From Minisyncoccota bacterium (GTDB lineage Bacteria > Patescibacteriota > Minisyncoccia > Phycocordibacterales > Phycocordibacteraceae): DNA of 64,000 nt. The stretch spans positions 11,889 to 75,888 of the forward strand of contig JBBAAE010000001.1 of NCBI GenBank assembly GCA_041658485.1, read 5' to 3'. Position numbers and translations under genes: made by a program. Of the stretch, positions 1 through 9,679 are shown one piece after another. Each line of letters begins with the position of its first letter. Positions within the stretch are counted from its first letter, which is position 1. The notes under the pieces were generated by a model. It saw only the letters and a program-made list of their open reading frames with translations. It had not been told where the DNA came from and made no database searches.

Positions 1-193
1 AGCCATGTTACGCAAGCGACGGGCGAGGCCGGACGGGCGATTAGAAAATCGTGCCGAGAGGCTTTACCACTTAGCGAGTCTGCGAGCTTAGTGAGCTGAC
101 GCCGACTCTCTCTTAATTTGCCCCCCTTGCCTCTCTCCCCAAGGAGGCGTATAACAATCTAAATTAATAAAATAATTCCTCTAGGATATTTGT

Positions 194-301
194 ATGTCGC
201 AAGAAAAAAAACCTGATGCACTTGATAGAGCTCTGAATTGGTTAGATAAGAATGTCGGCAGGCATGTACGCCCTGTAGGACCACGCGACCCTCGAGAATA
301 A
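194..301 (+). CDS. 35-aa hypothetical micro-ORF (MSQEKKPDALDRALNWLDKNVGRHVRPVGPRDPRE)
   Basis: Translated by hand, ATG194-TAA301. Upstream TTGCCT..TATAAC promoter-like pair; terminator directly downstream. Confidence 0.45.
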   Translation: MSQEKKPDALDRALNWLDKNVGRHVRPVGPRDPRE

Positions 302-340
302 TAAAAAAAACCGCCTTGTATGAGGCGGTTTTTTCTATTT
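300..340. terminator. Bidirectional intrinsic terminator
   Basis: aaaaaaccgcct-tgtatg-aggcggtttttt between the convergent micro-ORF and ehrL. Confidence 0.8.
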
Positions 341-1878
341 CACAAATCCGTTCCTGAGTACGAAAGATTTAAACTCTTATTGCAAAGCGGAAAATCCGGC
401 ACGATGTTTCCTGGAGCAAGTTCGCCAAAGAGCGGCCAATTGCAAAACGAAGGGTCACGAATGACGAGTCGGTCAATGCGACCTTTTGCATCAAGGCGCA
501 CAAAATCCATAATTCCACCACGCCAGCTCTCCGCGAATCCGTACGCATCTCCAGTGCCATGAGAAACGGAAGCCTGCACCTTGCCTTCGGGAATCTTCGT
601 GAGCGCAAGACGGATTAATCTGAATGATTCAGTGAGTTCACGCACACGCACATTGAAGCGTGCAAAAACGTCGCCTGCTTTTTCTATAACCACAGACACT
701 TCCATATCTGCATATGCTCCATAGGGCATGTCACGACGAAGATCTATATCGATTCCAGAGGCGCGTGCACCAATACCTTGCGCGCCATATGCGAGCGCTG
801 CCTCTTTACTTAACACGCCCGTCGTTTCAAAACGTTCCTTAAGACCGTCTTTTGCATAGGCAATCTTTAACACCTCTCCTATGTCATGCTCTATACGTTT
901 AATTGTTTCTAGAATCTTCACTTCATCGTCTGCGGTTATATCGTGCGCACCGCCAAGAGTAATTGCACCACGGAGGAATCGGTGTCCAACAAGGTCGGCA
1001 TTAAGACGACGCATTTCTTCCACCATACGAAAACCTTGTGCTGCCATAAACGTAAATCCTGTACCCATACCACCCATGTTGCCTATATCAAAGATGTGAG
1101 CACACACACGCTCTAGCTCACTCCATATAACTCGCAAATACTCCGCACGCAGAGACACTGTCACATTAGAGATTTTTTCAATAGCTTGCACGAATGCGAG
1201 CGTGTGACCAACTACCATGTCGCCCGATACACGTTCAACAAACGGCAGTGCCTCTTCAGGAGTTTTCCCTTCAACAAGTTTTAGAACACCCTTATGTTTG
1301 AAAAAGAGTTTACCCTCAAGCGTAATAATGCGCTCCCCGCGTACGTTGAAACGAAAATGCCCTGGTTCAATGATACCTGCGTGAATTGGTCCTACTGGAA
1401 TCTCATACACCCCCTCACCTTCCACTTGGTGCATAGGGTACGGAACATTCGCATGAGCTAACTTTGTATTCCACTCAAAGTCTTTTCGCATAGGGTACGT
1501 GCCCTCAGGAATATTTTCATGATGCATGAGACGGCGTGGGTCAGGGTGTCCCACTGCCTCAATACCAAACTGATCCATAATTTGTCGCTCGTACCAGTTC
1601 GCTGCCATGATTGAGCGAGTCAAAGATGGATACTGTGGTTTTTCAGGTGAGAGATAGCTCTCAAGCGTAAGCAATTCTGTACCAACAGCAAAAACTGCAC
1701 GTATAGAAAACACATTACTTTTTTTACGCTCATCGAGTGCGTACATTAAAACCAAAGGCGATCCTTTCTCCACTATATCCTCTGCCGTAAGTGCAAAGTC
1801 CGACACTGGAACCTGCACTGTGCCAGAATCGCTCACATCTTCTAGACCTATTTCTTTTAAAAGTGTTTGGATATTCAT
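340..1878 (-). CDS. Ehr/hydrogenase-4-like large subunit (HyfG/NuoCD-like, EhrL) without Ni-Fe ligands
   Basis: Motifs GPIHAGIIEPGHFRF, ESWRG, RDPSFCNW, DFPLCNKSLNLSYSG. Neither hydrogenase CxxC motif is present (ERVSGD replaces RxCGxC). Confidence 0.9.
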   Translation of the reverse strand: MNIQTLLKEIGLEDVSDSGTVQVPVSDFALTAEDIVEKGSPLVLMYALDERKKSNVFSIRAVFAVGTELLTLESYLSPEKPQYPSLTRSIMAANWYERQIMDQFGIEAVGHPDPRRLMHHENIPEGTYPMRKDFEWNTKLAHANVPYPMHQVEGEGVYEIPVGPIHAGIIEPGHFRFNVRGERIITLEGKLFFKHKGVLKLVEGKTPEEALPFVERVSGDMVVGHTLAFVQAIEKISNVTVSLRAEYLRVIWSELERVCAHIFDIGNMGGMGTGFTFMAAQGFRMVEEMRRLNADLVGHRFLRGAITLGGAHDITADDEVKILETIKRIEHDIGEVLKIAYAKDGLKERFETTGVLSKEAALAYGAQGIGARASGIDIDLRRDMPYGAYADMEVSVVIEKAGDVFARFNVRVRELTESFRLIRLALTKIPEGKVQASVSHGTGDAYGFAESWRGGIMDFVRLDAKGRIDRLVIRDPSFCNWPLFGELAPGNIVPDFPLCNKSLNLSYSGTDL

Positions 1879-1885
1879 ATGTATT

Positions 1886-3358
1886 TTATGAAATGGCCGT
1901 GATTATACGTTCAAGGATTGGCGATGCCATAGGTGTCATAAGAAACACACTAAATGCGACCAACAAAATAAGGTGAAGGGCTATAGCGGTATGCGACCAT
2001 CCCCATTTTTCACCCACCGTAACTTCACTCTTTGGTGAAACAGGTGCGGACGAAAAAAGAAACGGAATGATGAGGCGTATGAATCCTGCAAAAATAATAG
2101 CGAGTGCAAGAAGTACTATTGTTGCAAATATCGGATGTAGTACAACGCTTTGCGATATCAGAAGTAGTTCACTTCCAAAAAGTGGCGATGGTGGAATAGC
2201 GAGGAGCATCAAAATCAAGGTAAGAAACAGTGCCCCCGTGTACGGTAGTGTACGCATGACCTGCCCTACTCGATCAAACTTCGTACTCTTGAAACGAAGC
2301 AATATATTGCCTGCGCCAAAAAACAACGCGGACTTTGCGAGTGCATGTCCAACAATATGAATGACTGATGCAACAGCACCCACAGTCCCGAGTCCAGCAG
2401 AAAATACGATGAGTCCCATGTGCTCAATCGAAGAATACGCAAGGAGACGCTTATAGTCTGCCTGGAGCAAAATGAACGCCGCAGGAATAATGCATGAAAG
2501 CATGCCGAAAACCAAGAAGAGCTCACTCGTCCAAACACTTGAAGCAAGTGAACCGTCTACTAACACCCGAAAGCGCAATATTCCAAACAACGCAGCATTG
2601 AGAAGAATACCTGAGAGCATGCCTGAAATCGGTGAGGGAGCCCTACTGTGCGCATCGGGTAGCCATGCATGCATTGGCACCAAACCCACCTTCGTTCCAT
2701 ACCCAATAAGAATGAACACAAACGCTATTTGCATCAAGTGTGGTGGAAGCGAAGGAGCGACAGTAAGCAAATTCGTCCAACTGATTGCTCCGAGTCCATG
2801 CAAAAGACCAGAAGATGACGCTGCGTAGTAGGTGAGGAATAATCCAATGAGTCCAAGCGAAATTCCTGTTGAGCAAAGAATGAGATATTTCCATGCTGCT
2901 TCAAGTGAGCCTTTATGAGCATAGAACGCAACGAGGAGTGTTGTAGTCAGTGTTGTTGCTTCAAGCGCAATCCACATAAAACCAAGATTGTTTGAAACAA
3001 TAGTGAGAAGCATTGAGCACACAAAGAGACCAACAAAAAAGAAGTAACGACGCACTGCGGGCAATGCTATCTCCCCTGTTCGCACTTCTTCTCCTAGGTA
3101 GTGAATACTCGTTATGGTTGCTGTCCATTGAATGAACCCAATGAGAAGCACCATGAGTGCTGCAAATGTATCAAGATACCAGTACCCATTTTCAAATGAC
3201 GGTGCGCCAAAAAATAGCGGGATGGCAGTATAGAGACTTAACGCAAACACACCAGAACTTGCCAAAAATGCTGCGCCAAAAATAAACCGCAAACCACGCA
3301 TAAAAAATGGCACGGTGGCGAGAACTAAACATGAGACAAGTAGTAGTGAGATAGCCAT
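1886..3358 (-). CDS. hyfF: HyfF-like proton-translocating (antiporter-like) membrane subunit
   Basis: Motifs WIALEATTL, EAAWKY, GTKVGLVPMHAWLPDAHS, KRLLAYSSIEHMG; polytopic. Confidence 0.88.
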   Translation of the reverse strand: MAISLLLVSCLVLATVPFFMRGLRFIFGAAFLASSGVFALSLYTAIPLFFGAPSFENGYWYLDTFAALMVLLIGFIQWTATITSIHYLGEEVRTGEIALPAVRRYFFFVGLFVCSMLLTIVSNNLGFMWIALEATTLTTTLLVAFYAHKGSLEAAWKYLILCSTGISLGLIGLFLTYYAASSSGLLHGLGAISWTNLLTVAPSLPPHLMQIAFVFILIGYGTKVGLVPMHAWLPDAHSRAPSPISGMLSGILLNAALFGILRFRVLVDGSLASSVWTSELFLVFGMLSCIIPAAFILLQADYKRLLAYSSIEHMGLIVFSAGLGTVGAVASVIHIVGHALAKSALFFGAGNILLRFKSTKFDRVGQVMRTLPYTGALFLTLILMLLAIPPSPLFGSELLLISQSVVLHPIFATIVLLALAIIFAGFIRLIIPFLFSSAPVSPKSEVTVGEKWGWSHTAIALHLILLVAFSVFLMTPMASPILERIITAIS

Positions 3359-3363
3359 AAAAA

Positions 3364-4011
3364 TTAATCAGTTAAGGTTCGCAAATCATCAGTCGCCACC
3401 GACGCATTCTCATCTTGCGCACGGTGCGTGAACACAGTGATAAGAATAAAAAATGCTAAGAGGTCAAAAAACGATCCAATTTCAAAAAGAAACGGCATGC
3501 CGTGCGTGAGCGCCAACCCGAATGTGAAGATGCCATTCTCCATAACAAAGAATCCAATTCCTTCCCCAAACATATCTTTTCGCGAAACCAACATAAGAAG
3601 GCCGACGAGCACAATGCCAAATGATGCAGCGAGCACAAAGTAATCAGCACCAACGGGCAATAACCCACGTGCTCCGATCAGAGCAACAATAGCCAGACAC
3701 GCCGCAACGAAAGAAAGTGTTGCGGGACGTGCATATGATTGCAGGCGCTCAGATGCTCCACTCACACGCGCCGCACGAAGCAAAAACGAAGGAATAAACC
3801 AAACTTTAATAAGAACAATAAGACCTGCAACAATAAAAAGTTGGAATTCCCCCGTTACAAATGCTGCAGCAATAGCGAGGAGTGCAAGAAGCGCTGACTG
3901 TACTCGAAATGCAGTTACCAAAGACCCCAAGCGCATGCGACTACTCATAAGAAACGCTAGGAAAAACATTCCTCCAGCAAACACTGTCATGGCAGTTGCG
4001 ATTGGTGTCAT
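3364..4011 (-). CDS. hyfE: HyfE-like membrane subunit
   Basis: Hydrophobic 215 aa with MENGI motif, located between hyfC and hyfF. Confidence 0.82.
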   Translation of the reverse strand: MTPIATAMTVFAGGMFFLAFLMSSRMRLGSLVTAFRVQSALLALLAIAAAFVTGEFQLFIVAGLIVLIKVWFIPSFLLRAARVSGASERLQSYARPATLSFVAACLAIVALIGARGLLPVGADYFVLAASFGIVLVGLLMLVSRKDMFGEGIGFFVMENGIFTFGLALTHGMPFLFEIGSFFDLLAFFILITVFTHRAQDENASVATDDLRTLTD

Positions 4012-4012
4012 A

Positions 4013-4960
4013 TTAGTGATAGAGGACGATTAACTCAACGGCAAGTCCGAGGAGCGCAATAAAGAATGCGAGCATCATATACTCCTGCATCCGATAAAAA
4101 CGCATCTTCACAATCACTGATTCTATAAAAGCAATTGCAAAAGCCCCGAGTGCAAGTTTTCCGAAAAATGCAATTAGTGCGACCCCAAGCCCAAAGAATG
4201 TAACCGGTGGAGCACTAATCCCAAATGGAATGAGGATACCCATACACACCGCCAAGAGCGCGGTTAACTTTATTGCTGATGCATACTCGAGCATTGCAAG
4301 ATATGTTCCTGAATACTCTAAGATCATAGCTTCGTGCACCATGGTGAGCTCAAGATGTGTCGCGGGATTATCTACTGGGTAGCGTGCATTTTCGGCAAGC
4401 AACACAAATAAAAATCCAATGAGCGTGACGATGACAGGAGGAACAGCGACCAACCACGGCAGTGATGTGAAGTGTCCAATAATGCCTCCCATGCCCCATG
4501 CGCCCGTAGCAAGTGCAAGGGTTGCAAGCGATACATAGAATGCTGGCTCAACGAGAGCAGCGAGCGTCATCTCACGGCTCGAACCCATGTTGCCAAACGT
4601 ACTTCCCGTATCCATACCTCCAAGCACCAAAAATACTGAACCAAGCGCCACTACTGCACCAAAAAGAAAAATATTATCGAGCGAACTTGGCACAATTCCA
4701 AAAAAGAGTGAGGGTACGACGAGAGCAAGGAAGAATGCACTTCCCAAGACCACAAATGGAACTACGCGAAATACCCATGAACTATGTTTTGTAATCGTCA
4801 TCTCTTTTCGGAGGAGCGAAAGCATTGAGACATAGGGCAAAAATATCGATGGTCCTTGGCGATTTTGAAAACGAGCTTTCAACGTGCGAACCATTCCCAC
4901 GACTAACGGTGCGGAAAGAAGTACCACGAGAGCTTGAAATGTAATAAGAAGGTACGTCAT
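4013..4960 (-). CDS. hyfC: HyfC/NuoH-like membrane subunit
   Basis: Motifs KARFQNRQGP, GSSRE, ENARYPVDNPATHLELTMVHEAMILEYSG. Start taken at MTYLL, overlapping the hyfB stop. Confidence 0.88.
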   Translation of the reverse strand: MTYLLITFQALVVLLSAPLVVGMVRTLKARFQNRQGPSIFLPYVSMLSLLRKEMTITKHSSWVFRVVPFVVLGSAFFLALVVPSLFFGIVPSSLDNIFLFGAVVALGSVFLVLGGMDTGSTFGNMGSSREMTLAALVEPAFYVSLATLALATGAWGMGGIIGHFTSLPWLVAVPPVIVTLIGFLFVLLAENARYPVDNPATHLELTMVHEAMILEYSGTYLAMLEYASAIKLTALLAVCMGILIPFGISAPPVTFFGLGVALIAFFGKLALGAFAIAFIESVIVKMRFYRMQEYMMLAFFIALLGLAVELIVLYH

Positions 4961-6963
4961 AGAGTAGTAGCGAGAGTGAGCACCAGTGCGCAAATAACTA
5001 GAAGGAGGTACAACTGAATAACGCCATTCTGGAGTTTTTTAACCGCATGTGAAACAGCAAAGACCGCAATACCAATCGGGCGATAGAGCCAATACTCAAA
5101 AAAGGATTGAATGCTCCACACAAGACGCCGACGCACAATCCAGGGATTACTCATTGAAATAGGCTCAATGATTAATTCTTTCTCCGACATGAGAATTGAT
5201 TTGAAGAAAAATCTAATCGGCGCTGAAAAACCAGTTGCAGTGTACTGCATCCGAGGAGTTATAGGTTGCCCACAATCCCACGTATCCGTGATGCGGGCAG
5301 GATTTCTGTTAGAAAGAAATCGACGAAATACCATGAGAAGCACCCCAATAGAGAGAACACTCAAAAGCACCCACCATGCGTTCATAGAAGCTCCACCTAA
5401 AACTGCAACATCTCCAAAAAGTGTCATACCTTCCGTGAAGGCATTCGGCGCACTGAGGATCGGGAACAAAAACAATCCTGCAGTGATTGAAAGAAGTACG
5501 GAAGATAGTGGCGGAAGCCAAAGCAGTATCGGCATTGGGGACACCTGCTCTGCGTGGGTCGTGCGTGCTCGTCCAAGAAAGATTGCACTAAACATGCGGA
5601 CATATGCAAAAAGCGCGAGCCCGCCAACCAAAGCAAGGAGAGCGAGTATCAGTGCAAAACTTCCTCCAAAAAGAGCGGAAACAGTCATACCGCTTGCAAG
5701 CGTCTGAAAATATGTCCACTCACCAAAAAAGGTACCGAATGGGGGCAACGCAGCAGCTGCAAGAGAAAGTGCAAGAAATATTCCTGCAAAAATTGGCCAA
5801 CGCTGTGCAAGACCCCCTAGCTCGTCGAGATTTCGTGTATGTGTTTTTGATGCCACAGCACCAACTGCCATGAATAGCCCTGTCTTGAAAATAAAATGGT
5901 TCACGGTATGAAGAATTATGAAAAGAGCAATGGATGGTGCAATTGCGGAAACAGCACTATCTGGAGATCCGTGTACAAGGAGGTATATTCCAACAGCAGA
6001 AAAGATGAGCCCCATATTTTCTATACTGCTCCATGCAAGGACGCGCTTTGCGTCATTCTCAACTGCAGCGCGAAGCGCACCAAAAAATGCTGAGAGAAGG
6101 CCAATACCAATAACGAGGAATGCTGAGAAAGACGGAACAAATGGGAATAGTGCTACTCCTTGAATGAAACCAAAGAGTGCCACTTTAAGCATGACACCAG
6201 AGAGAAGCGCGGAGCTTCCACTTGGTGCTTGTGGGTGCGCATAGGGCAACCACTGATGAAGTGGCACTAAACCTGCTTTCGAACCAAACCCCGCGAAGAG
6301 AAGCACAAATGCAACAGAGATGGCGAGTGGTGTGGCACTAAGAGCAGAGAGTGCAACATCATGCCACGACGCAAAAAGATTACCTCCTGCAAGAAGAAGA
6401 AGCCCTGCTGCAATACAAGCAAACCCAATGTGAGTCATCACAAAGTAGAGCCATCCTGCACGGAGTGACTCATCACTCCTATCTGCGATAACCAAGAAAT
6501 ATGCGGAGACTGACATAATTTCCCAAGCCATCAGGAAAGTAAAAAGCGATGGGGAAAGGATCGTTGCTTGCATCCCTACAATAAAAAATGCCGAGGCAAC
6601 ATTGAGCGTTGGCAACACGTACACATCCTTATATGGTGGCAAGCTCTGAATCGCATAGAGCGAGGTTAGAAGGACGCCTCCGTACACCAGCATAAGGAAA
6701 AACACCTGCATTGAGTTAAGTGCAATGTTCACCAACCCAAAGAACGTAGCATTGAAAGACGCACTATTCCCTATTCCTAAAAGAGCAAAAAAATAACTGC
6801 CAGCAATCAGGCCAGCAAAACCCGACAAAATAAATATCGATTGCACCAGCGTGTTGTTCCAAGAAAAACGGCGGGTCAGAAGAGAAAGAACTACCCCTAC
6901 AAGTGGGAGCACGAATGCTACAGCAAAAAGACAGTCGATAGTGAAGGAGGACATAAGGTGCAT
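4957..6963 (-). CDS. hyfB: HyfB/NuoL-like proton-translocating membrane subunit
   Basis: Motifs AWEIMS, KAGLVPLHQWLPYAHPQAPS, WDCG..RMQYTATGFS. Confidence 0.88.
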   Translation of the reverse strand: MHLMSSFTIDCLFAVAFVLPLVGVVLSLLTRRFSWNNTLVQSIFILSGFAGLIAGSYFFALLGIGNSASFNATFFGLVNIALNSMQVFFLMLVYGGVLLTSLYAIQSLPPYKDVYVLPTLNVASAFFIVGMQATILSPSLFTFLMAWEIMSVSAYFLVIADRSDESLRAGWLYFVMTHIGFACIAAGLLLLAGGNLFASWHDVALSALSATPLAISVAFVLLFAGFGSKAGLVPLHQWLPYAHPQAPSGSSALLSGVMLKVALFGFIQGVALFPFVPSFSAFLVIGIGLLSAFFGALRAAVENDAKRVLAWSSIENMGLIFSAVGIYLLVHGSPDSAVSAIAPSIALFIILHTVNHFIFKTGLFMAVGAVASKTHTRNLDELGGLAQRWPIFAGIFLALSLAAAALPPFGTFFGEWTYFQTLASGMTVSALFGGSFALILALLALVGGLALFAYVRMFSAIFLGRARTTHAEQVSPMPILLWLPPLSSVLLSITAGLFLFPILSAPNAFTEGMTLFGDVAVLGGASMNAWWVLLSVLSIGVLLMVFRRFLSNRNPARITDTWDCGQPITPRMQYTATGFSAPIRFFFKSILMSEKELIIEPISMSNPWIVRRRLVWSIQSFFEYWLYRPIGIAVFAVSHAVKKLQNGVIQLYLLLVICALVLTLATTL

Positions 6964-7481
6964 TACTTGCGGGTAGTGGTAACTATACTCAAGAGCCCTC
7001 TTAAGACATCCTCTGGTGTTGGCGGATCACCGGGAATTCGAGCATCAACTGGAATAACATTTTCTACTGCCCCCACTCCCGCATAGGAATCCTTCCAAAT
7101 TCCGCCCGTGCATGCTCCGTCACCGAGAGCAATAACAATTTTTGGCTCTGGCGTCATCTCGTAGGCGGTCTTCAGTGCATGCTCCATGTTGCGAGTAACA
7201 GGACCTGAAACAGTGATTACGTCAGCATGACGGGGAGATGCCACAAATGAGATTCCGAAACGCTCAATGTCGTACAAGGCGTTACCCAGAGCAGTTAGTT
7301 CATACTCTTCACCGTTCGTGGAACCCGCATCAACATGCCGTATGCGTAGCGTTCGACCTCCATATAAAGTATGAATAGCCCTCTTCAGATTCTCACCGAT
7401 CTCCTCAACGTGAGTTGGAATTTGAGGACATTTTTCAGTTCTCTTCCCTGTGGTAATTATTTTAGAAAGAAGACGCAACAT
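6963..7481 (-). CDS. NuoB/HyfI-like small subunit (EhrS) with degenerate Fe-S ligands
   Basis: Motifs RHVDAGSTNGEE, ERFGISFVASPRHAD, GPVTRNM, IPGDPPTP. Confidence 0.88.
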   Translation of the reverse strand: MLRLLSKIITTGKRTEKCPQIPTHVEEIGENLKRAIHTLYGGRTLRIRHVDAGSTNGEEYELTALGNALYDIERFGISFVASPRHADVITVSGPVTRNMEHALKTAYEMTPEPKIVIALGDGACTGGIWKDSYAGVGAVENVIPVDARIPGDPPTPEDVLRGLLSIVTTTRK

Positions 7482-7669
7482 ATTGTGGAAATGTGGCTTA
7501 CTATATTCCTCTTCACTTTAGATGTCCAGAAAGCAACAGAGTAAATAGTGAACCCATCTAGCTCATTGTTTCTTAAAATAAACCACCACACTGTTGTAAA
7601 AATTTCTTGCTTCTTACCATAAAGAGGCGTATAACTTTACAAAATAATCTAACAGAAATATTTACAAAT

Positions 7670-8434
7670 ATGGCTAGGCACGAAGGGGGTCCACGAGACC
7701 CTATGAATTTTGAAGAGGCGGAAGAATATGTTCGTCGAAATGGTGAGGTACTACCCATACCCAAACTACTTGGACCAGATCACATACACTGCATAGATAG
7801 CCGGCGAACAAAAAAAGGAATTGGATACCCGGGAGGCATGCTGGGACTTACCACGACCCTCTTTTCAGGGGTACATGCGGATGCGCACGAGCATGTTGGC
7901 GGATTCAAGGGGTTTGCTCAATTTCTTGAAGGATTATTTGGTGGAATGAGTGCTCACACCGACGATGAACATGAACATGATCCTTCTGGGTGTAGAGGGT
8001 GTGGACACATGCAATCTCTTATGAATAATCACGGTGCATACGGATTCGGATCAGAACACGCTGAGGAAGTCCACTCATATTCAAAAGGCCTGAAAACTCG
8101 GTGGAGAGAAGGTACTCCTGGTTTCAGTATTTTTCAGTACGGAGGAAAAGCAAACCCACGTGCAGTTATGCATGTAGACGACCCACGGGATGGGCACTAT
8201 ATATCTCTCCCCCCTAACGATGGAACGAATCAGGTATTTGTTCACAATAGAGGTGCCAATCACAGCATATTAGGCGATGCGGTGCATTTTATTTTGGGCG
8301 GACTTGGTGACGTATTTAAAAGCCACCCAAGAGATATCTATGATGACCATATTGCGTTAACGATAGATAAACTAGCTTCCGATTTACCCCATTTCACAGT
8401 AGGACATGACGGGAATAAAATTACAGTTAACTAA
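7670..8434 (+). CDS. Carbonic-anhydrase-like protein (beta/zeta CDCA-type motifs)
   Basis: CIDSR (CxDxR), PGG, and HTD...GCGH give a Cys-His-Cys metal triad. Start taken at ATG7670. Confidence 0.6.
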   Translation: MARHEGGPRDPMNFEEAEEYVRRNGEVLPIPKLLGPDHIHCIDSRRTKKGIGYPGGMLGLTTTLFSGVHADAHEHVGGFKGFAQFLEGLFGGMSAHTDDEHEHDPSGCRGCGHMQSLMNNHGAYGFGSEHAEEVHSYSKGLKTRWREGTPGFSIFQYGGKANPRAVMHVDDPRDGHYISLPPNDGTNQVFVHNRGANHSILGDAVHFILGGLGDVFKSHPRDIYDDHIALTIDKLASDLPHFTVGHDGNKITVN

Positions 8435-8531
8435 AAATAACATCTCATAAAAACCAGAAAAATATAGGAGAAAGCACCTATAAACACTTGTAAAGGCGCC
8501 ATTATCAGGCTATCATTCTCCATACAAAACC

Positions 8532-9065
8532 TTGGCTACTCTAAAAACACGTATTAATGCGCAAATACGCGCACCCGAACTTCGGGTCATAGGTCCTAAT
8601 GGCGAAAACGTCGGCGTTATTACGCTCGTTGAAGCTATGGCGCAAGCAAAAGCTGTAGAGTTGGACTTAATAGAGGTTTCTCCAAATGCGACCCCACCAG
8701 TTGCGAAAATAATGGATTATGGTAAATTTCAATACGAGCAACAGAAAAAAGACCGAGAAATAAGGGCTAAATCGCACATTACAGAGACAAAAGCAGTCCA
8801 AGTTGAGGTAGGTACCGGAGAAAACGATCTTCTCCGAAAAGCTCGCCAAGCAGCTGGATGGCTCAAAGAAGGACATCGGGTACGAGTGGAACTCTTCCTT
8901 AAGGGACGCTACAAGTACATGGATCCGGCATTTCTCAAGGAAAGATTGAAGCGTTTCGTGCTTTTGGTTCCCGAGGATTACCGTATCGCTGAGGACATAC
9001 AGAAAGGTCCAAAAGGATTCAATATGATCCTAGAAAAGGCCGGAAAACAGAAGCCTGCAAAATAA
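8532..9065 (+). CDS. infC: Translation initiation factor IF-3
   Basis: Motifs RINAQIRAPELRVI, PPVAKIMDYGKFQY. Non-ATG start, typical of infC. Confidence 0.95.
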   Translation: MATLKTRINAQIRAPELRVIGPNGENVGVITLVEAMAQAKAVELDLIEVSPNATPPVAKIMDYGKFQYEQQKKDREIRAKSHITETKAVQVEVGTGENDLLRKARQAAGWLKEGHRVRVELFLKGRYKYMDPAFLKERLKRFVLLVPEDYRIAEDIQKGPKGFNMILEKAGKQKPAK

Positions 9066-9069
9066 TAAA

Positions 9070-9261
9070 ATGAAAACGAACAAATCATACACAAAGCGTC
9101 TCCGCGTAACTCGCAACGGTAAGATTGTTGCACGCAAGGGCGGACAAGACCATTTCAATTCTCGTGACAGCCGAAAGACTCGCACCGTGAAAGCTCGTGC
9201 GAAAGCTGTAGAAATGAGTCCTGCGATGCGCGCTCGATTCCTTCCAGGAAACGGCAAGTAA
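9070..9261 (+). CDS. rpmI: 50S ribosomal protein L35
   Basis: MKTNKSYTKRLRVT; infC-rpmI-rplT synteny. Confidence 0.93.
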   Translation: MKTNKSYTKRLRVTRNGKIVARKGGQDHFNSRDSRKTRTVKARAKAVEMSPAMRARFLPGNGK

Positions 9262-9297
9262 ATTTTTCCAAACACTAAATACTAATCACTAATCCAT

Positions 9298-9645
9298 ATG
9301 TCTAGAGTAAAAGGAGGACCAAAGGCGATGAAGCGCCGTCGCAATATATTGAAAGCCGCAAAAGGCTATCGTTTTGGACGTTCAACAAAAACGAAGCAAG
9401 CGCTCGAGGCCTTGAAGCACGCCGGTAAGTACGCATTCCGTGACCGTAGAGCTAAGAAAAGAACGATGCGAGGACTCGCCATTGTACGTATCAATGCAGC
9501 ACTCCGTGAGCGAGGTTTCAAGAACTACAGCACCTTCATGGGCGCAGTAAAGAAAGCAAATATCGAACTCGACCGTAAAGTACTTTCCGAAATTGCAGCA
9601 GAATATCCTGAGGCATTCGACAGACTTTTGAAGATAGCTGTCTAA
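9298..9645 (+). CDS. rplT: 50S ribosomal protein L20
   Basis: MSRVKGG, AKGYRFGRS, LDRKVLSEIA. Confidence 0.96.
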   Translation: MSRVKGGPKAMKRRRNILKAAKGYRFGRSTKTKQALEALKHAGKYAFRDRRAKKRTMRGLAIVRINAALRERGFKNYSTFMGAVKKANIELDRKVLSEIAAEYPEAFDRLLKIAV

Positions 9646-9679
9646 TAAAAAATCCCCGCAAATGCGGGGATTTTTTATT
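9644..9679. terminator. Bidirectional intrinsic terminator
   Basis: aataaaaaatccccgca-aa-tgcggg..ttttttatt hairpin with A/T tails. Confidence 0.85.

Noticed and set aside
340-7481. Functional group 4 [NiFe]-hydrogenase or formate hydrogenlyase
   Set aside because: The large subunit lacks both CxxC Ni ligands, and no maturation or fdh genes are in the window.
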